DNA from: a virus
Length of the DNA stretch: 64,000 nt
IMG/VR virus record: IMGVR_UViG_3300028840_003924
Location: 64,001-128,000 of that record
Reading direction: 5' to 3' (one strand)
Position numbers and translations under genes: made by a program. Position 1 is the first letter of the stretch; the number at the start of each line of letters is the position of its first letter. The notes under the pieces are model-generated. The model worked only from the letters and a program-made list of their open reading frames with translations, was not told the DNA's origin and searched no databases. Shown one piece after another: positions 29,239 through 38,634 of the stretch.

Positions 29239-30503
29239 CTCCGTAAGAGCATTTCAACGGTACTCGGTACACAACGCATGATATCAACGAGGTCACTAGG
29301 ATTACCCTGGTAAGGCACGGAATGATACCACATACCCGGCATACCACCGGACAACTCCTGCAATGTGTCCGTTGTAGCTGTTAGGTATAGTACGCCGTCC
29401 CTCTGTTCCATGAACGGAACGTCTTTAGAACTAACGCTTCCCCCAGGTCCCATTTCACCACTTTCGCCCTTGTAGTTGATAGCGTAACCAAATAGCGGTA
29501 TGATCGCCCCATCATCATCAATCATTGCGTCACGGAACTCACCCTTTTTCTTCCGAACAACGAGCTTACCTTCCTTGTAACCAGCCCGTAAACCTTCAGC
29601 GATATCCCACGCAAATGCGTGAACCTCACCACTATCGGGTTCAATGATATGGATCAGGTAGGCACGCATATTGTATTTCGTCGCAATCGACTCCAGACAA
29701 ACACGTCGCCGTAGCACAATCTTTTCCTCGGGCGAACCATTCTGTAAACGATCCAACTCCGGGTCCGAAAGAAACTTCTCTGGATCATCCTCTTGAAGCA
29801 TCCACTTACCAACGGTGATATCACCAAACCTCGTGAAACAACGTGTGGATATATCGATTGAATAGTCACGAGCGGGGTAAATCAGATCAGGCTTCACGCT
29901 TCCGACACCACGTTGAATGGAGCCGGTCAGGGCAGCGATGTAACGACGATGAAGCTCTCCCTTGAAGCCACCCTGACCAGCAAGCTTGATGAAGATCGTT
30001 TGTAACATCGGATACGCCTCCAATGTGTTCATGATATGCTGCATGACAGAAACGCCTGGGTTGTTCCGGTCAAGCTCTTCGCTGATCTTCTTCCTTATCT
30101 CCTTGGATGCCTTGTCAATGTTCGCATCCTGTCGCAACAGCAGAATCTGAAAGTTGTCCTCCACAAACCTACGCTCGGCGGCATCCAACTTACGATCCCT
30201 CACCTGACTGATCGCATTCAACATCTCGTTTGCATCACCCTTGATGGCAAGGTCGTAGAACTGCCGACGCCATGTGTGAAAATCATCAGTATCATCACTG
30301 ATATCGGCCATGTCCGGAGCTTCCGGTTCTGGGCCCACAGGGGGCCCGCCCGCAGGCTCTTCTGGCGCAGGGCCCGCAGCACTAGGATCAGTCGCAAGGC
30401 CCATAGGGCTCATCGTAGGGTCCTGAGCGGGTGGTCCTAGATCGGGAGCATCCGTCAAACCACCTTGTTCGAGCCATGTCTTGATATTGTTCAAATTACT
30501 CAT
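29232..30503 (-). CDS. Hypothetical protein with acidic Pro-rich N-terminus
   Basis: 423-aa ORF beginning NNIKTWLEQ. Confidence 0.75.
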   Translation of the reverse strand: MSNLNNIKTWLEQGGLTDAPDLGPPAQDPTMSPMGLATDPSAAGPAPEEPAGGPPVGPEPEAPDMADISDDTDDFHTWRRQFYDLAIKGDANEMLNAISQVRDRKLDAAERRFVEDNFQILLLRQDANIDKASKEIRKKISEELDRNNPGVSVMQHIMNTLEAYPMLQTIFIKLAGQGGFKGELHRRYIAALTGSIQRGVGSVKPDLIYPARDYSIDISTRCFTRFGDITVGKWMLQEDDPEKFLSDPELDRLQNGSPEEKIVLRRRVCLESIATKYNMRAYLIHIIEPDSGEVHAFAWDIAEGLRAGYKEGKLVVRKKKGEFRDAMIDDDGAIIPLFGYAINYKGESGEMGPGGSVSSKDVPFMEQRDGVLYLTATTDTLQELSGGMPGMWYHSVPYQGNPSDLVDIMRCVPSTVEMLLRRC

Positions 30504-30966
30504 TCTCTGGTGACTCCATTTCTTGTGCCATCTTGATCAGTTTGCGTACGTTGGGATTAGGTTTGGAAACCTCGTACTTATTGTTCTGTTGGTAAGCGTA
30601 TACCTCTGACTTTGTTGCACGCTCTTTCATCTTCAGCCGAGTCCAGAGGTCCAAAACTTTGATCATTTGGTTTACCCCATCATTTTTCAGCTTCAGAAGA
30701 TTCACCAACCCTTCTTTCGTGGCAGAACTAGGATCGCCCTCGTTCAATACCATCTCGCAAAAATCCAGGTATCGTTCATGCGCCTCTTCCCTATCTTCCT
30801 TAATGCAGGAAATGGCGTCTTCGTAGTAACTCACGACCTGTTCGTCAGGGATCAAATCAGTAGATTCCTTTGGCTGCTCGACCATTGACGTTTGTTCGTT
30901 TTTCGCAACCAGCTTTGTCGACTCTTCGTTACCCTGTGGTTTTGTTTCTTTATCTGTTTTTGCCAT
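30496..30966 (-). CDS. Hypothetical helical protein
   Basis: ATG at 30966 (MAKTDKETK); TATATA 10 nt upstream. Confidence 0.65.
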   Translation of the reverse strand: MAKTDKETKPQGNEESTKLVAKNEQTSMVEQPKESTDLIPDEQVVSYYEDAISCIKEDREEAHERYLDFCEMVLNEGDPSSATKEGLVNLLKLKNDGVNQMIKVLDLWTRLKMKERATKSEVYAYQQNNKYEVSKPNPNVRKLIKMAQEMESPENE

Positions 30967-31013
30967 AATACCAAGTATATAGAGATACGAGAGGCTCTTT
31001 CTTGGGGAATTGA

Positions 31014-31424
31014 ATGGACGAAACACTATTTCGGGAAGTCACCCAATCCATCAAAGCGGTTTTCGATCTGACCGCACGGGTGGACGAGCGTGTCAAAATG
31101 CTCGTTGAAAAGCAAACGCAAATCGACAGCAAAATAGAAGCTCTGGCCCTCCAACACACCGACCTCGTGACTAAGGTTGGTATATTAGAGTCCCGAAACG
31201 AAAAAGAGTTCAAAGACCAACTCACCAGATTCGAGGATGATATCAAAGAGGCATCGGATGACCTCAAAGAATTTGACCAGAGACTCTATCATGTTGAGAG
31301 GTCAACTTCCACGAGCGAGAACAGGTGGAAAAGCGTCTATCAGTTCATCCGTGACACTATATGGGTCGTAATCGTGTGTTACCTGCTCTACAAACTGAAC
31401 CTAACACCACCACCGTTGCCATAA
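31014..31424 (+). CDS. Coiled-coil protein with C-terminal TM helix (holin/XhlA-like architecture)
   Basis: Heptad-rich body followed by IWVVIVCYLLYKL. Confidence 0.55.
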   Translation: MDETLFREVTQSIKAVFDLTARVDERVKMLVEKQTQIDSKIEALALQHTDLVTKVGILESRNEKEFKDQLTRFEDDIKEASDDLKEFDQRLYHVERSTSTSENRWKSVYQFIRDTIWVVIVCYLLYKLNLTPPPLP

Positions 31425-31425
31425 C

Positions 31426-32220
31426 ATGTTCAAAGATTGGTTAGTTCAAGAAGAAACGCATAAAAACAACATCATCAAAGTCGATGTCTTCGATTTTGAT
31501 GACACGCTGGTATTCACGCCCAGCGCCAAGAAAGCCAAAGACATCCTACACAAGCATAACGTCAAAGCCGCCATCGAGGGGACGGATATGATCCGTCCCC
31601 TCGATGGCCATTGCTTCTACTACGCCTACCAATCATTGGAGCCGCCTTTGGTTCCAGAACCGTGCCCCTGTTCCATGTTGAACCAAGGTGTCGCACAACA
31701 ATTCTACGCTTCTGCTGGCGATCCTAGGCGAATGACGGTCATTCTTACAGGCCGACCACCACATCTGGAAAAACACATCCGGCGTATCCTGGGAGACTTC
31801 AAGATGGAACCGAATCGTCTGGTCACCGTGCCCGTGACAAGTAGTACATTGCCAAAGAAGATCGAAGTGATTGCCCGGCTGCTCGACGAGTTCCCCAGTA
31901 CCGAAGAGGTGGAGATGTGGGATGATCGGGGTCCGCTGAAAGCCAAGCTCTATAACAAACCTGAAGAGAACCATATTAGTGAGTTCCGCAAGTTCCTCAC
32001 CACCTTCAACAGCTACCGTGGCGAGAAACCTATCAAGTTCAAGATCAATGAGGTACCACCTCGTGATGTCACTGCATCACAACTGTTCCAGCAGTATGCA
32101 ACCCAAGTAGGAAAAGAGCAGAAAGAGCGGAAGGAAAAGGCTAAGGAGAAGAAGAAAAAAGCCAAAGCGAAGAAGGCTGAGACTAAGAAGACCAAACCTA
32201 AGGCTAAGAGCAAGAAGTAA
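31426..32220 (+). CDS. HAD phosphatase, Swiss-Army-Knife RNA-repair-like, with Lys-rich tail
   Basis: VFDFDDTLVFTP, VILTGR, KK, EMWDDR. Confidence 0.8.
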   Translation: MFKDWLVQEETHKNNIIKVDVFDFDDTLVFTPSAKKAKDILHKHNVKAAIEGTDMIRPLDGHCFYYAYQSLEPPLVPEPCPCSMLNQGVAQQFYASAGDPRRMTVILTGRPPHLEKHIRRILGDFKMEPNRLVTVPVTSSTLPKKIEVIARLLDEFPSTEEVEMWDDRGPLKAKLYNKPEENHISEFRKFLTTFNSYRGEKPIKFKINEVPPRDVTASQLFQQYATQVGKEQKERKEKAKEKKKKAKAKKAETKKTKPKAKSKK

Positions 32221-32253
32221 ACCACCTCCTGCGGCTTAGCCGCAGGAGGTGGT
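32221..32253. terminator. 15-bp perfect hairpin between convergent genes
   Basis: ACCACCTCCTGCGGC-TTA-GCCGCAGGAGGTGGT. Confidence 0.65.
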
Positions 32254-32331
32254 GGTAGCTACAACCTAATATAGGAGGGTTGTGTGTGTGCTCTGACTCT
32301 TCTCTGGCGAGAAACAGCCAGCATCATTGTA

Positions 32332-32694
32332 TCATTCATCGTCTTCTTCGACGCACAGACCTTTTACTGCCGAATAATCTACACAACCTCGTTTCCGGCC
32401 ATCAGCCGAGAACCTATATGATTGATAGTCGGGTCCAAAGACAATAGGTCCACTGATGAACACTCGCTGACCGACCTCTAGGCCATGTTCTTTTGGAACA
32501 CGAGGGCCAATGCCGAGTACATATGCCTCGTTAACACGAACTTCGGTTGTTCCTGGCAGGTCCAAGTTGGTGCCCATCGTCTCTTGCGCAGACAGCACCT
32601 CGACGTAGACATTCGTTCCCAGCGGGCTAACATCGGCGATTTTGGGTACAGAACTAAGTCCACCACCGTTACCACCATAGATCAATTCTGACAT
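32332..32694 (-). CDS. groES: Co-chaperonin GroES/gp31-like
   Basis: SPLGTNVYVE, LDLP, AYVLGIGP, LEVGQRV; AAGGAG RBS. Confidence 0.75.
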   Translation of the reverse strand: MSELIYGGNGGGLSSVPKIADVSPLGTNVYVEVLSAQETMGTNLDLPGTTEVRVNEAYVLGIGPRVPKEHGLEVGQRVFISGPIVFGPDYQSYRFSADGRKRGCVDYSAVKGLCVEEDDE

Positions 32695-32725
32695 AGTATT
32701 CTCCTTCTTTATCTAAGGAGAGTAA

Positions 32726-32893
32726 CTATTTGTCAAATTGCAACAGAAGAAACCCGATGGCAACTTTCATGTAACCGCTTAGGTTTCGTAACACACCATC
32801 TTTGATACTGCTTGGTGGTCTGAGGAAAAGCAAGTCCACGAAATCAAGGAATGCCCAGACGAAGAAAGCCAATGCTATTAGTGGGTAGATCAT
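32726..32893 (-). CDS. Small two-helix membrane protein (55 aa, not in track)
   Basis: MIYPLIALAFFVWAFLDFVDLLFL...KVAIGFLLLQFDK fills an intergenic gap. Confidence 0.45.
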   Translation of the reverse strand: MIYPLIALAFFVWAFLDFVDLLFLRPPSSIKDGVLRNLSGYMKVAIGFLLLQFDK

Positions 32894-32955
32894 TCTACCG
32901 TTATAATACCGTTGAGTTCCTAATTCCAGATCAGTTTCTGGCGCATAGATAATGT

Positions 32956-33198
32956 ATGTTGATGAGCTACCAACAATGGCATGAGTTCAATTATGGTTCG
33001 ACGAGCTACGACCAAGCTTTGCGACGGGCACAGTACATCCAACCTATCTTCAGGGTGCTAGGCTCCGGTATCACGCAGGCGGGTCTTCAGCAGGTGGACC
33101 CAATGAAATCCACCTTGCACGGAAAGGAAAAGAAGCCAGCAGATAACAGCCCGGCTTCCCGACTTTTCGGTTTTTCTCGTAAAAAGCCTAAAGAGTAG
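32956..33198 (+). CDS. Hypothetical protein, possible internal head protein
   Basis: MLMSYQQWHE N-terminus; TAGATA immediately upstream. Confidence 0.55.
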   Translation: MLMSYQQWHEFNYGSTSYDQALRRAQYIQPIFRVLGSGITQAGLQQVDPMKSTLHGKEKKPADNSPASRLFGFSRKKPKE

Positions 33199-33248
33199 AC
33201 CACCTCTTTGCCGATCTTCTCTTTAGGGAAGATACTAAGAGGTGATTT

Positions 33249-33587
33249 ATGCCAACTCCAGATGAAAATGCCGTTCCGATTGCGATTGAAGACATGGACG
33301 ACGCCACGGTGCGAGAGGTCAGGCAAATTGTCAACAAGGAAGTCGAGCGACGATGCAAGGCGTGGTTCGACCAGATTTGCGTTCCCAACAATGTAACAGA
33401 GCTTGAGAGGGCCGTCATTGCCATGATGGTTGCCAGAATAAAGCAGCGGAAGATTGAACGTAAGTTGCTCGATCTTAATAAACGTGTAAATGAACTGCGT
33501 GATCCGGAGGCCGCTGGTGAGCGACACGGCACATGCCATGTGATAGCTGACCATCTCGTAGAGTTCTGTGCTAAATTCGGAGGTTGA
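33249..33587 (+). CDS. Hypothetical protein
   Basis: GAGGTG RBS; 112 aa. Confidence 0.65.
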   Translation: MPTPDENAVPIAIEDMDDATVREVRQIVNKEVERRCKAWFDQICVPNNVTELERAVIAMMVARIKQRKIERKLLDLNKRVNELRDPEAAGERHGTCHVIADHLVEFCAKFGG

Positions 33588-34048
33588 TGATGGATATTGA
33601 TCGTAGCGAACTGGAGATGGTGATCGAATTGATCGAAGAGGACGGTCCATTGGATAGCCTCACCGATCTTTACTACGCCATCAATGATGCTATGAGCCTT
33701 GATGTCAGCCATGCTACCCTCAAGAACCGCATCGATAAGTGGGGGATATCGCTTAAAACGAAGGCAAGCAGAGGCCGCAAGCCGGATGCCGAGGAGGATT
33801 TAAGCCTCTACGCCGTCCCAAGAGAGTTGCCCATACACACGCCAGCCGGGGCCTGCCCTTACAAACTAAAGGGGATAGACTCCGAGACGGTAGCGGAGTG
33901 GGTGAAGAAGGTTCAGGCTTTCGGGGCTGAAAAGGGGCTGCGATATTTGGCTCCCGCCTTCATTTACTTCTCACGAGAGTTCTACGAAATCTTCAGCGAC
34001 GAGTATGAAACTGTGAAAAGCCATGTCCGGGCATTGCTGAAGGCTTAG
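33584..34048 (+). CDS. Hypothetical, possibly DNA-binding (HTH-like plus RGRKP)
   Basis: VSHATLKNRIDKWGI...SRGRKP; GGAGG RBS. Confidence 0.6.
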   Translation: MMMDIDRSELEMVIELIEEDGPLDSLTDLYYAINDAMSLDVSHATLKNRIDKWGISLKTKASRGRKPDAEEDLSLYAVPRELPIHTPAGACPYKLKGIDSETVAEWVKKVQAFGAEKGLRYLAPAFIYFSREFYEIFSDEYETVKSHVRALLKA

Positions 34049-34326
34049 TCGAGCAATTTGCGTAGCATATCAAATGCCTCGCAGGCAAGTGTCATCTGGT
34101 CATCTGCCAGTGCGTCGGTCTTCTCAAGAGCCTTGTTCAGCAGTTCCATCTCTTCCTTCCGCTCCTCAGCGATCTTACCCATCTCGTTCTTATCAGCAAT
34201 CCTATGACGGTTGCGATACAATGTTGACTGGGCGAGGAAATCCTCGTACTGTTGCATAGCCTTATTCAGCTTTGTCAGGTTGTGATAGAACTGAGCTACC
34301 TTTTCTTTCTTTGTTAAACGGGGCAT
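34045..34326 (-). CDS. Hypothetical helical protein
   Basis: AGGAG RBS; 93 aa. Confidence 0.65.
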   Translation of the reverse strand: MPRLTKKEKVAQFYHNLTKLNKAMQQYEDFLAQSTLYRNRHRIADKNEMGKIAEERKEEMELLNKALEKTDALADDQMTLACEAFDMLRKLLD

Positions 34327-34355
34327 AATATCTCCTGTTAGATACCATCATATAG

Positions 34356-34736
34356 TCAGTGCCAGCAAATTCTCACCTTGTCATCTTGCTCAGCTTCGGT
34401 AAATTCTACAGAAACGCCATCAACAACCAGAACATCATAACCACGCTTCAGATATTCGGCTTTGATATCTTCACGAAAGGCATCCTCCGCTAGGATGTTA
34501 CCTACCAAAGCGACATTTATATCTCGTTGATTGGCCAAGTGCTGACGAAGACCCGGAATGGGGTTGGTGAACAGCGCAGCCACCCGACCCAAACCCTCCG
34601 GGCACCAGATGGCCAGATTTTCCGAAAAAGCATCAAGGTCGGTATGCTTCCATGCCGATAACTCTGAAGGGAGGTCCTCCAAGGGGCCTCTGAACAGAAC
34701 GGCAGTATGGCGGTTCTGGAATACGTTGTAGTTCAT
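34356..34736 (-). CDS. Hypothetical protein
   Basis: 126-aa ORF. Confidence 0.6.
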   Translation of the reverse strand: MNYNVFQNRHTAVLFRGPLEDLPSELSAWKHTDLDAFSENLAIWCPEGLGRVAALFTNPIPGLRQHLANQRDINVALVGNILAEDAFREDIKAEYLKRGYDVLVVDGVSVEFTEAEQDDKVRICWH

Positions 34737-34786
34737 GATTTATACTAGTTTTTGCGGCTAAAATTGGTGTAGGTCGTATGGTCGGT

Positions 34787-34798
34787 TTGTGCTATACT
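34787..34798 (+). promoter_or_regulatory. Extended -10 promoter candidate heading the plus-strand accessory region
   Basis: TTGTGCTATACT, the same 12-mer as at 27955. Confidence 0.55.
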
Positions 34799-34838
34799 AT
34801 GGGTAGACAATTCTCGAATCTCCCACAACAAGGAGTTT

Positions 34839-35123
34839 GTGATGGAAACTGCGACCCTCTATAAACTAATTATCTTGGGAATCGCTCTGGCGGCCTTCTT
34901 CTTCCACGACAGCAATCGCTTTCGCCACCGAATCCGGTGGTCGTTGTACACGGCGACGGCGCTGATGACCGTCCTGTTTTTCAACCAGTACGGATTTTTC
35001 AGCATGTTTCACCCTGCCATCTGTCTCGGCGGCGGTATCGGGCTGGCCTGGGTCGTTCACACCGGCGTCCCATCGCTTTTGAAACGTTACGCACCAAAGT
35101 GGTACTGGGGTAAACTGCGATGA
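34839..35123 (+). CDS. Small multi-pass membrane protein
   Basis: Three hydrophobic segments; AAGGAG RBS. Confidence 0.7.
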   Translation: MMETATLYKLIILGIALAAFFFHDSNRFRHRIRWSLYTATALMTVLFFNQYGFFSMFHPAICLGGGIGLAWVVHTGVPSLLKRYAPKWYWGKLR

Positions 35124-35590
35124 CAATCCTTCCAGGTTGGGACATTATATGGCAGTGGGTTCGTGACCGTTTCGACGAGACGGAGTTCGCCTGCTTTAGT
35201 GGAATCGCCGTGATGCTAACCATCGGAGCCGTAGCACTCTGGTGGGTCATTGCAGAAGACCAACAGAATCGACGGGCCCGACAAGCAATCGAAGACTCAG
35301 CGGTCAATCGGTACGTCGTCATTGACGCACTAGAGGTAGACCTGATAGGTCCAAAGAATGGCGGCGAGCTTACCACAAAGAGAATTGCTTTTTGTACCGA
35401 CCTGGAGACCGGCGAGACTTTTCATTACATTGCCACATGGCGTATCGAGGGAGAGGATGTCGGTCGCAAACACGTTATTACAACCAAACAGTTCCCAGAC
35501 ACAGGCCCACCAACAATCGTCGATATCGAGCATGTCGATAAAGACAGGGTTTGGTATCGGGATGGCGAGTTGGTTCACTTAGGGGAATGA
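35120..35590 (+). CDS. Single-pass membrane protein
   Basis: TM segment GIAVMLTIGAVALWWVIA; ATGA coupling. Confidence 0.65.
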   Translation: MTILPGWDIIWQWVRDRFDETEFACFSGIAVMLTIGAVALWWVIAEDQQNRRARQAIEDSAVNRYVVIDALEVDLIGPKNGGELTTKRIAFCTDLETGETFHYIATWRIEGEDVGRKHVITTKQFPDTGPPTIVDIEHVDKDRVWYRDGELVHLGE

Positions 35591-36045
35591 AAATGATGAA
35601 CGTTGACAAAATGAAAGAGGCGAACCGTATCGTGCGGACGGTGTTGTTTTTTGTCTCCCTGGCCCTCGCTATGTTGTTTTTCACATGGGGTTTCACGAGC
35701 TACCTTTACCACTGTCGGCAAGCGAAGGTAACGCCGCCCACCGTAGGCAGGCAGATTGTAACTGAGCGGTTTCAGGCGTGGCGGGATACCTGCCAAACGA
35801 ACTCAAGAAACTTCACCCACTTATGGGCTCGGGGCTGGACGAAGGACCGGGAGCAGTTAGTCGAACTCCGTCGCCTTGAAATTGCAGCGGAACACCTTCA
35901 GCTAATCCAGTTGCTGAAGATGGCCCGCTCCGAAAACCCCGACGAGTTCATCATCGACGTAGAAGCCGACATGGAGGCCGAGGCGAACAAACTCAAAGCC
36001 GAAGCGGATAAGTTGGCGAAGGAATTTGACAATGTTCGAGAATGA
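35587..36045 (+). CDS. Single-pass membrane protein
   Basis: TM segment VLFFVSLALAMLFFTWGF; ATGA coupling. Confidence 0.65.
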   Translation: MKMMNVDKMKEANRIVRTVLFFVSLALAMLFFTWGFTSYLYHCRQAKVTPPTVGRQIVTERFQAWRDTCQTNSRNFTHLWARGWTKDREQLVELRRLEIAAEHLQLIQLLKMARSENPDEFIIDVEADMEAEANKLKAEADKLAKEFDNVRE

Positions 36046-36397
36046 TCCCGAAGTCATTTCGTTAGGCCGTATGGCCATCTTCTTCTTGCCAATCAAGAAG
36101 CTGCGCCAAGTTTGTGGAGAGCAAACACACGAGTCGGCCATCGATAAGGAATTGATTGCCCGCTACGAAGGGCTCAGCAAGATCACCGGTCACGTCGAAG
36201 GCTGTTACCGAATGAAATCCGAGATCGTCGACGACGATCATGTGAGATATGAAGTCAGCTTCCTAGGCAAGAACAAAGTTATCGAGTTCGTAGAGTTCCT
36301 GAAAGAAGTATGCCGCCGACTTGGTGAGGAGAGCATTTACCTCACGATGGGCGAAAAATCATACTTGGTACAACCAAAAGAGAGAGGTGAGTCATGA
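36032..36397 (+). CDS. Hypothetical, ferredoxin-like fold (DUF3574/PII-like)
   Basis: G...ITGHVEG.Y...YEVSF...VCRRLGEESIYL pattern. Confidence 0.5.
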   Translation: MFENDPEVISLGRMAIFFLPIKKLRQVCGEQTHESAIDKELIARYEGLSKITGHVEGCYRMKSEIVDDDHVRYEVSFLGKNKVIEFVEFLKEVCRRLGEESIYLTMGEKSYLVQPKERGES

Positions 36398-36744
36398 ACG
36401 AAAACGATTGGCTTATTGTGGGCATGATTGTGATCGTTGGAGCTATAGTAGTTGCCATCCCCTTCATCATCTGTTTCACAGGGGGCAAAACGATGGAGAT
36501 CACCGTTGACCGATACGAGATATTGGATGAACACGTCGTTTTCTATCTGGAGGACGGCGGTGCCCTCAGGGTTAGGGCGGGTTGCGGTGAGACCTTCACC
36601 TTTCCACTCCACAAAAAGGTAAGGTTGACAACAAACGGGTTCGGGCGCATTACGGGGATTACCCACCTGAGCGACCCCTTCGAGCCAAAGATCGATTTGG
36701 GAAATGTCGATACCCCACTTATTGCTGGGGAAAACTCACCTTGA
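36394..36744 (+). CDS. Single-pass membrane protein
   Basis: Long N-terminal hydrophobic helix; GAGGTG RBS. Confidence 0.65.
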   Translation: MNENDWLIVGMIVIVGAIVVAIPFIICFTGGKTMEITVDRYEILDEHVVFYLEDGGALRVRAGCGETFTFPLHKKVRLTTNGFGRITGITHLSDPFEPKIDLGNVDTPLIAGENSP

Positions 36745-36769
36745 CCTGATTCTGCATTTCGGCGATACT
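36741..36769 (+). promoter_or_regulatory. Sigma70-type promoter candidate
   Basis: TTGACC-N17-GATACT upstream of the RHH gene. Confidence 0.55.
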
Positions 36770-36825
36770 GTTCGTATTCTCCGGAAAGGAAGCCAATATC
36801 TTTTCTCCCCAAGGGTGGATAGGGT

Positions 36826-37335
36826 ATGGATAAGCAGAGTGCGAAAGAGGTCCTCGCTATAGCCGAGGAATTGTATAGGCAGTCACCTGATTTGGGTACG
36901 TTCTTCCGTGAAATCTTCGGTGTCGGGGGCGCTGTGTGCAGCAAATTCCCTACCCTAGATGAGCGGGAGGAGTTCCACAAAACGGAAGAGTATGGGCATA
37001 TTCGGGCGATGATGGCCAAGTTGAACCCAAACACGGCCAGTGAACCCAACCATACCCTTACCATCCGGTGTTCCAAGCGACAGCATACTAAGTTCCGGGC
37101 GGAAGCCATGGGATTCTATATCAGTATGAACAAGTTGGCGATTTTCAAGCTCCAACAACCCGTTGACGCCGACCTCCTCGGTGCCATATCCGAAGAGAAA
37201 GCAATCAGCATCCGACTACCCAAAAGCCTCCACGAAACGCTCAAGAGAGAGGCCGTTGATTGGAATACGAGTATGAACAAGTTGGCTGTTGCCAAGTTGA
37301 TCAAACCTATTGATCGAAATTTGATCCTCAAATAA
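36826..37335 (+). CDS. Tandem ribbon-helix-helix (HicB C-terminal-like) DNA-binding protein
   Basis: LTIRCSKRQHTKFRAEA...SMNKLA and ISIRLPKSLHETLKREA...TSMNKLA. Confidence 0.75.
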   Translation: MDKQSAKEVLAIAEELYRQSPDLGTFFREIFGVGGAVCSKFPTLDEREEFHKTEEYGHIRAMMAKLNPNTASEPNHTLTIRCSKRQHTKFRAEAMGFYISMNKLAIFKLQQPVDADLLGAISEEKAISIRLPKSLHETLKREAVDWNTSMNKLAVAKLIKPIDRNLILK

Positions 37336-37345
37336 GGAGTGAGTT

Positions 37346-37852
37346 ATGGAACCCGCTTATCAACATGCTTTGGAGACGGGGGCGATTGTCGTCGTCGTTG
37401 CATTCGTCGTCGTTATCCTTTTGTGTAAAGTTCGCAGCGCCCTTTGTGCAGAGCAGGAAGAAAGGACTTTCACCCGGTACGCCATGATGGCTGGAGGTTT
37501 GGCTACCATCGTCACCGTGTGCGTCTTAGGCGCACACCTACCGCCAGTCGACGGTGTCGTGAAGCACGACCAAATACGAAAAGACCTGTGCTCCTTGCGA
37601 GGGTGGTACGTCGCTTCCACCACTGACGCCATGTGGGAGTCTGACGAAGAACGTATGAAGTTGGCCGAAGACCTGGGAGAGAGACTTCTCGAAGTCGAAC
37701 AGAGCTACGCCAACTTCATCCAAGAGACGGATGACGACTACCTTCAACAACAACTGTACGTCCGCATGTGGGTGTACAGCGTGCTCACCTTCCTTGGTGT
37801 CGGTGGCCTCGGTACGCTGTTATATGGTTTGATCCTCTGCGAAAGACTCTGA
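37346..37852 (+). CDS. Three-TM membrane protein
   Basis: Three hydrophobic segments; AAGGAG RBS. Confidence 0.7.
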   Translation: MEPAYQHALETGAIVVVVAFVVVILLCKVRSALCAEQEERTFTRYAMMAGGLATIVTVCVLGAHLPPVDGVVKHDQIRKDLCSLRGWYVASTTDAMWESDEERMKLAEDLGERLLEVEQSYANFIQETDDDYLQQQLYVRMWVYSVLTFLGVGGLGTLLYGLILCERL

Positions 37853-37869
37853 GAATAAGGCGGCAATCC

Positions 37870-38601
37870 ATGAGATGCCCCTTTTGCTGGACCCCATACA
37901 ATGAACAGGAGCGTCTGAAGTATTTCCCATTTTGTTCTCATTGGTGTCGCTTGAATGGCCTTAAGTGTGCCATGACACCTGACGATGACGACCTTGAACT
38001 GCGAAACAAAGCGAGAAAGGCTACGTTGAGCAGAAGTGATACGCTAGATGAACTCTATCTGAGTGAAGTTAATTTGGAGAATCCCATGTACGACGGTGTT
38101 GAAAATCATGGCAAAGCCTGTAGCTTGGATGTGGATATGAGTAAAGCCATCCGAGATGCTGCGGTACATTGCCGGGATGTTTGCGCACGGGAGCACATCA
38201 AAGCAACCGACCGGCATGAACGAGTCGGACTCTTCGTCACATCATTGCGACACCGTTGCAGTCTCTACACGGATCGTAACCTCAATCGGTATCTTTCCAA
38301 AAATATATGCAACAAGGCAATCTGGTACGACGCTGGTATCTTAGATAAACCTCTGGCCCAAAAGCTCGTCCCTACTTGCGACGTGGGTTGTTACGGTAAT
38401 ATGAACTTAGATCGACTTAAGAGGTGGATTATGGTCGCAAAAATTGTCCCACTCGAAACAGAAGAGGCGGAAATCGACGCACTCATCACCGAAGCGAAAA
38501 CTGACCTTGCTGAATTGAGGCAACTTGATACAATACTTGATGACAACGCCACGCAATCAGAACGGTTAGCAGAAGAATTAACTGTCCTGCTGGCTGACTG
38601 A
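37870..38601 (+). CDS. Protein with N-terminal YacG-like zinc finger
   Basis: MRCPFC...YFPFCSHWCRL matches the CxxC...PFCSxxC pattern. Confidence 0.6.
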   Translation: MRCPFCWTPYNEQERLKYFPFCSHWCRLNGLKCAMTPDDDDLELRNKARKATLSRSDTLDELYLSEVNLENPMYDGVENHGKACSLDVDMSKAIRDAAVHCRDVCAREHIKATDRHERVGLFVTSLRHRCSLYTDRNLNRYLSKNICNKAIWYDAGILDKPLAQKLVPTCDVGCYGNMNLDRLKRWIMVAKIVPLETEEAEIDALITEAKTDLAELRQLDTILDDNATQSERLAEELTVLLAD

Positions 38602-38634
38602 CCAACCCAAACCCGGAGAGAACAGGAGTATCGT

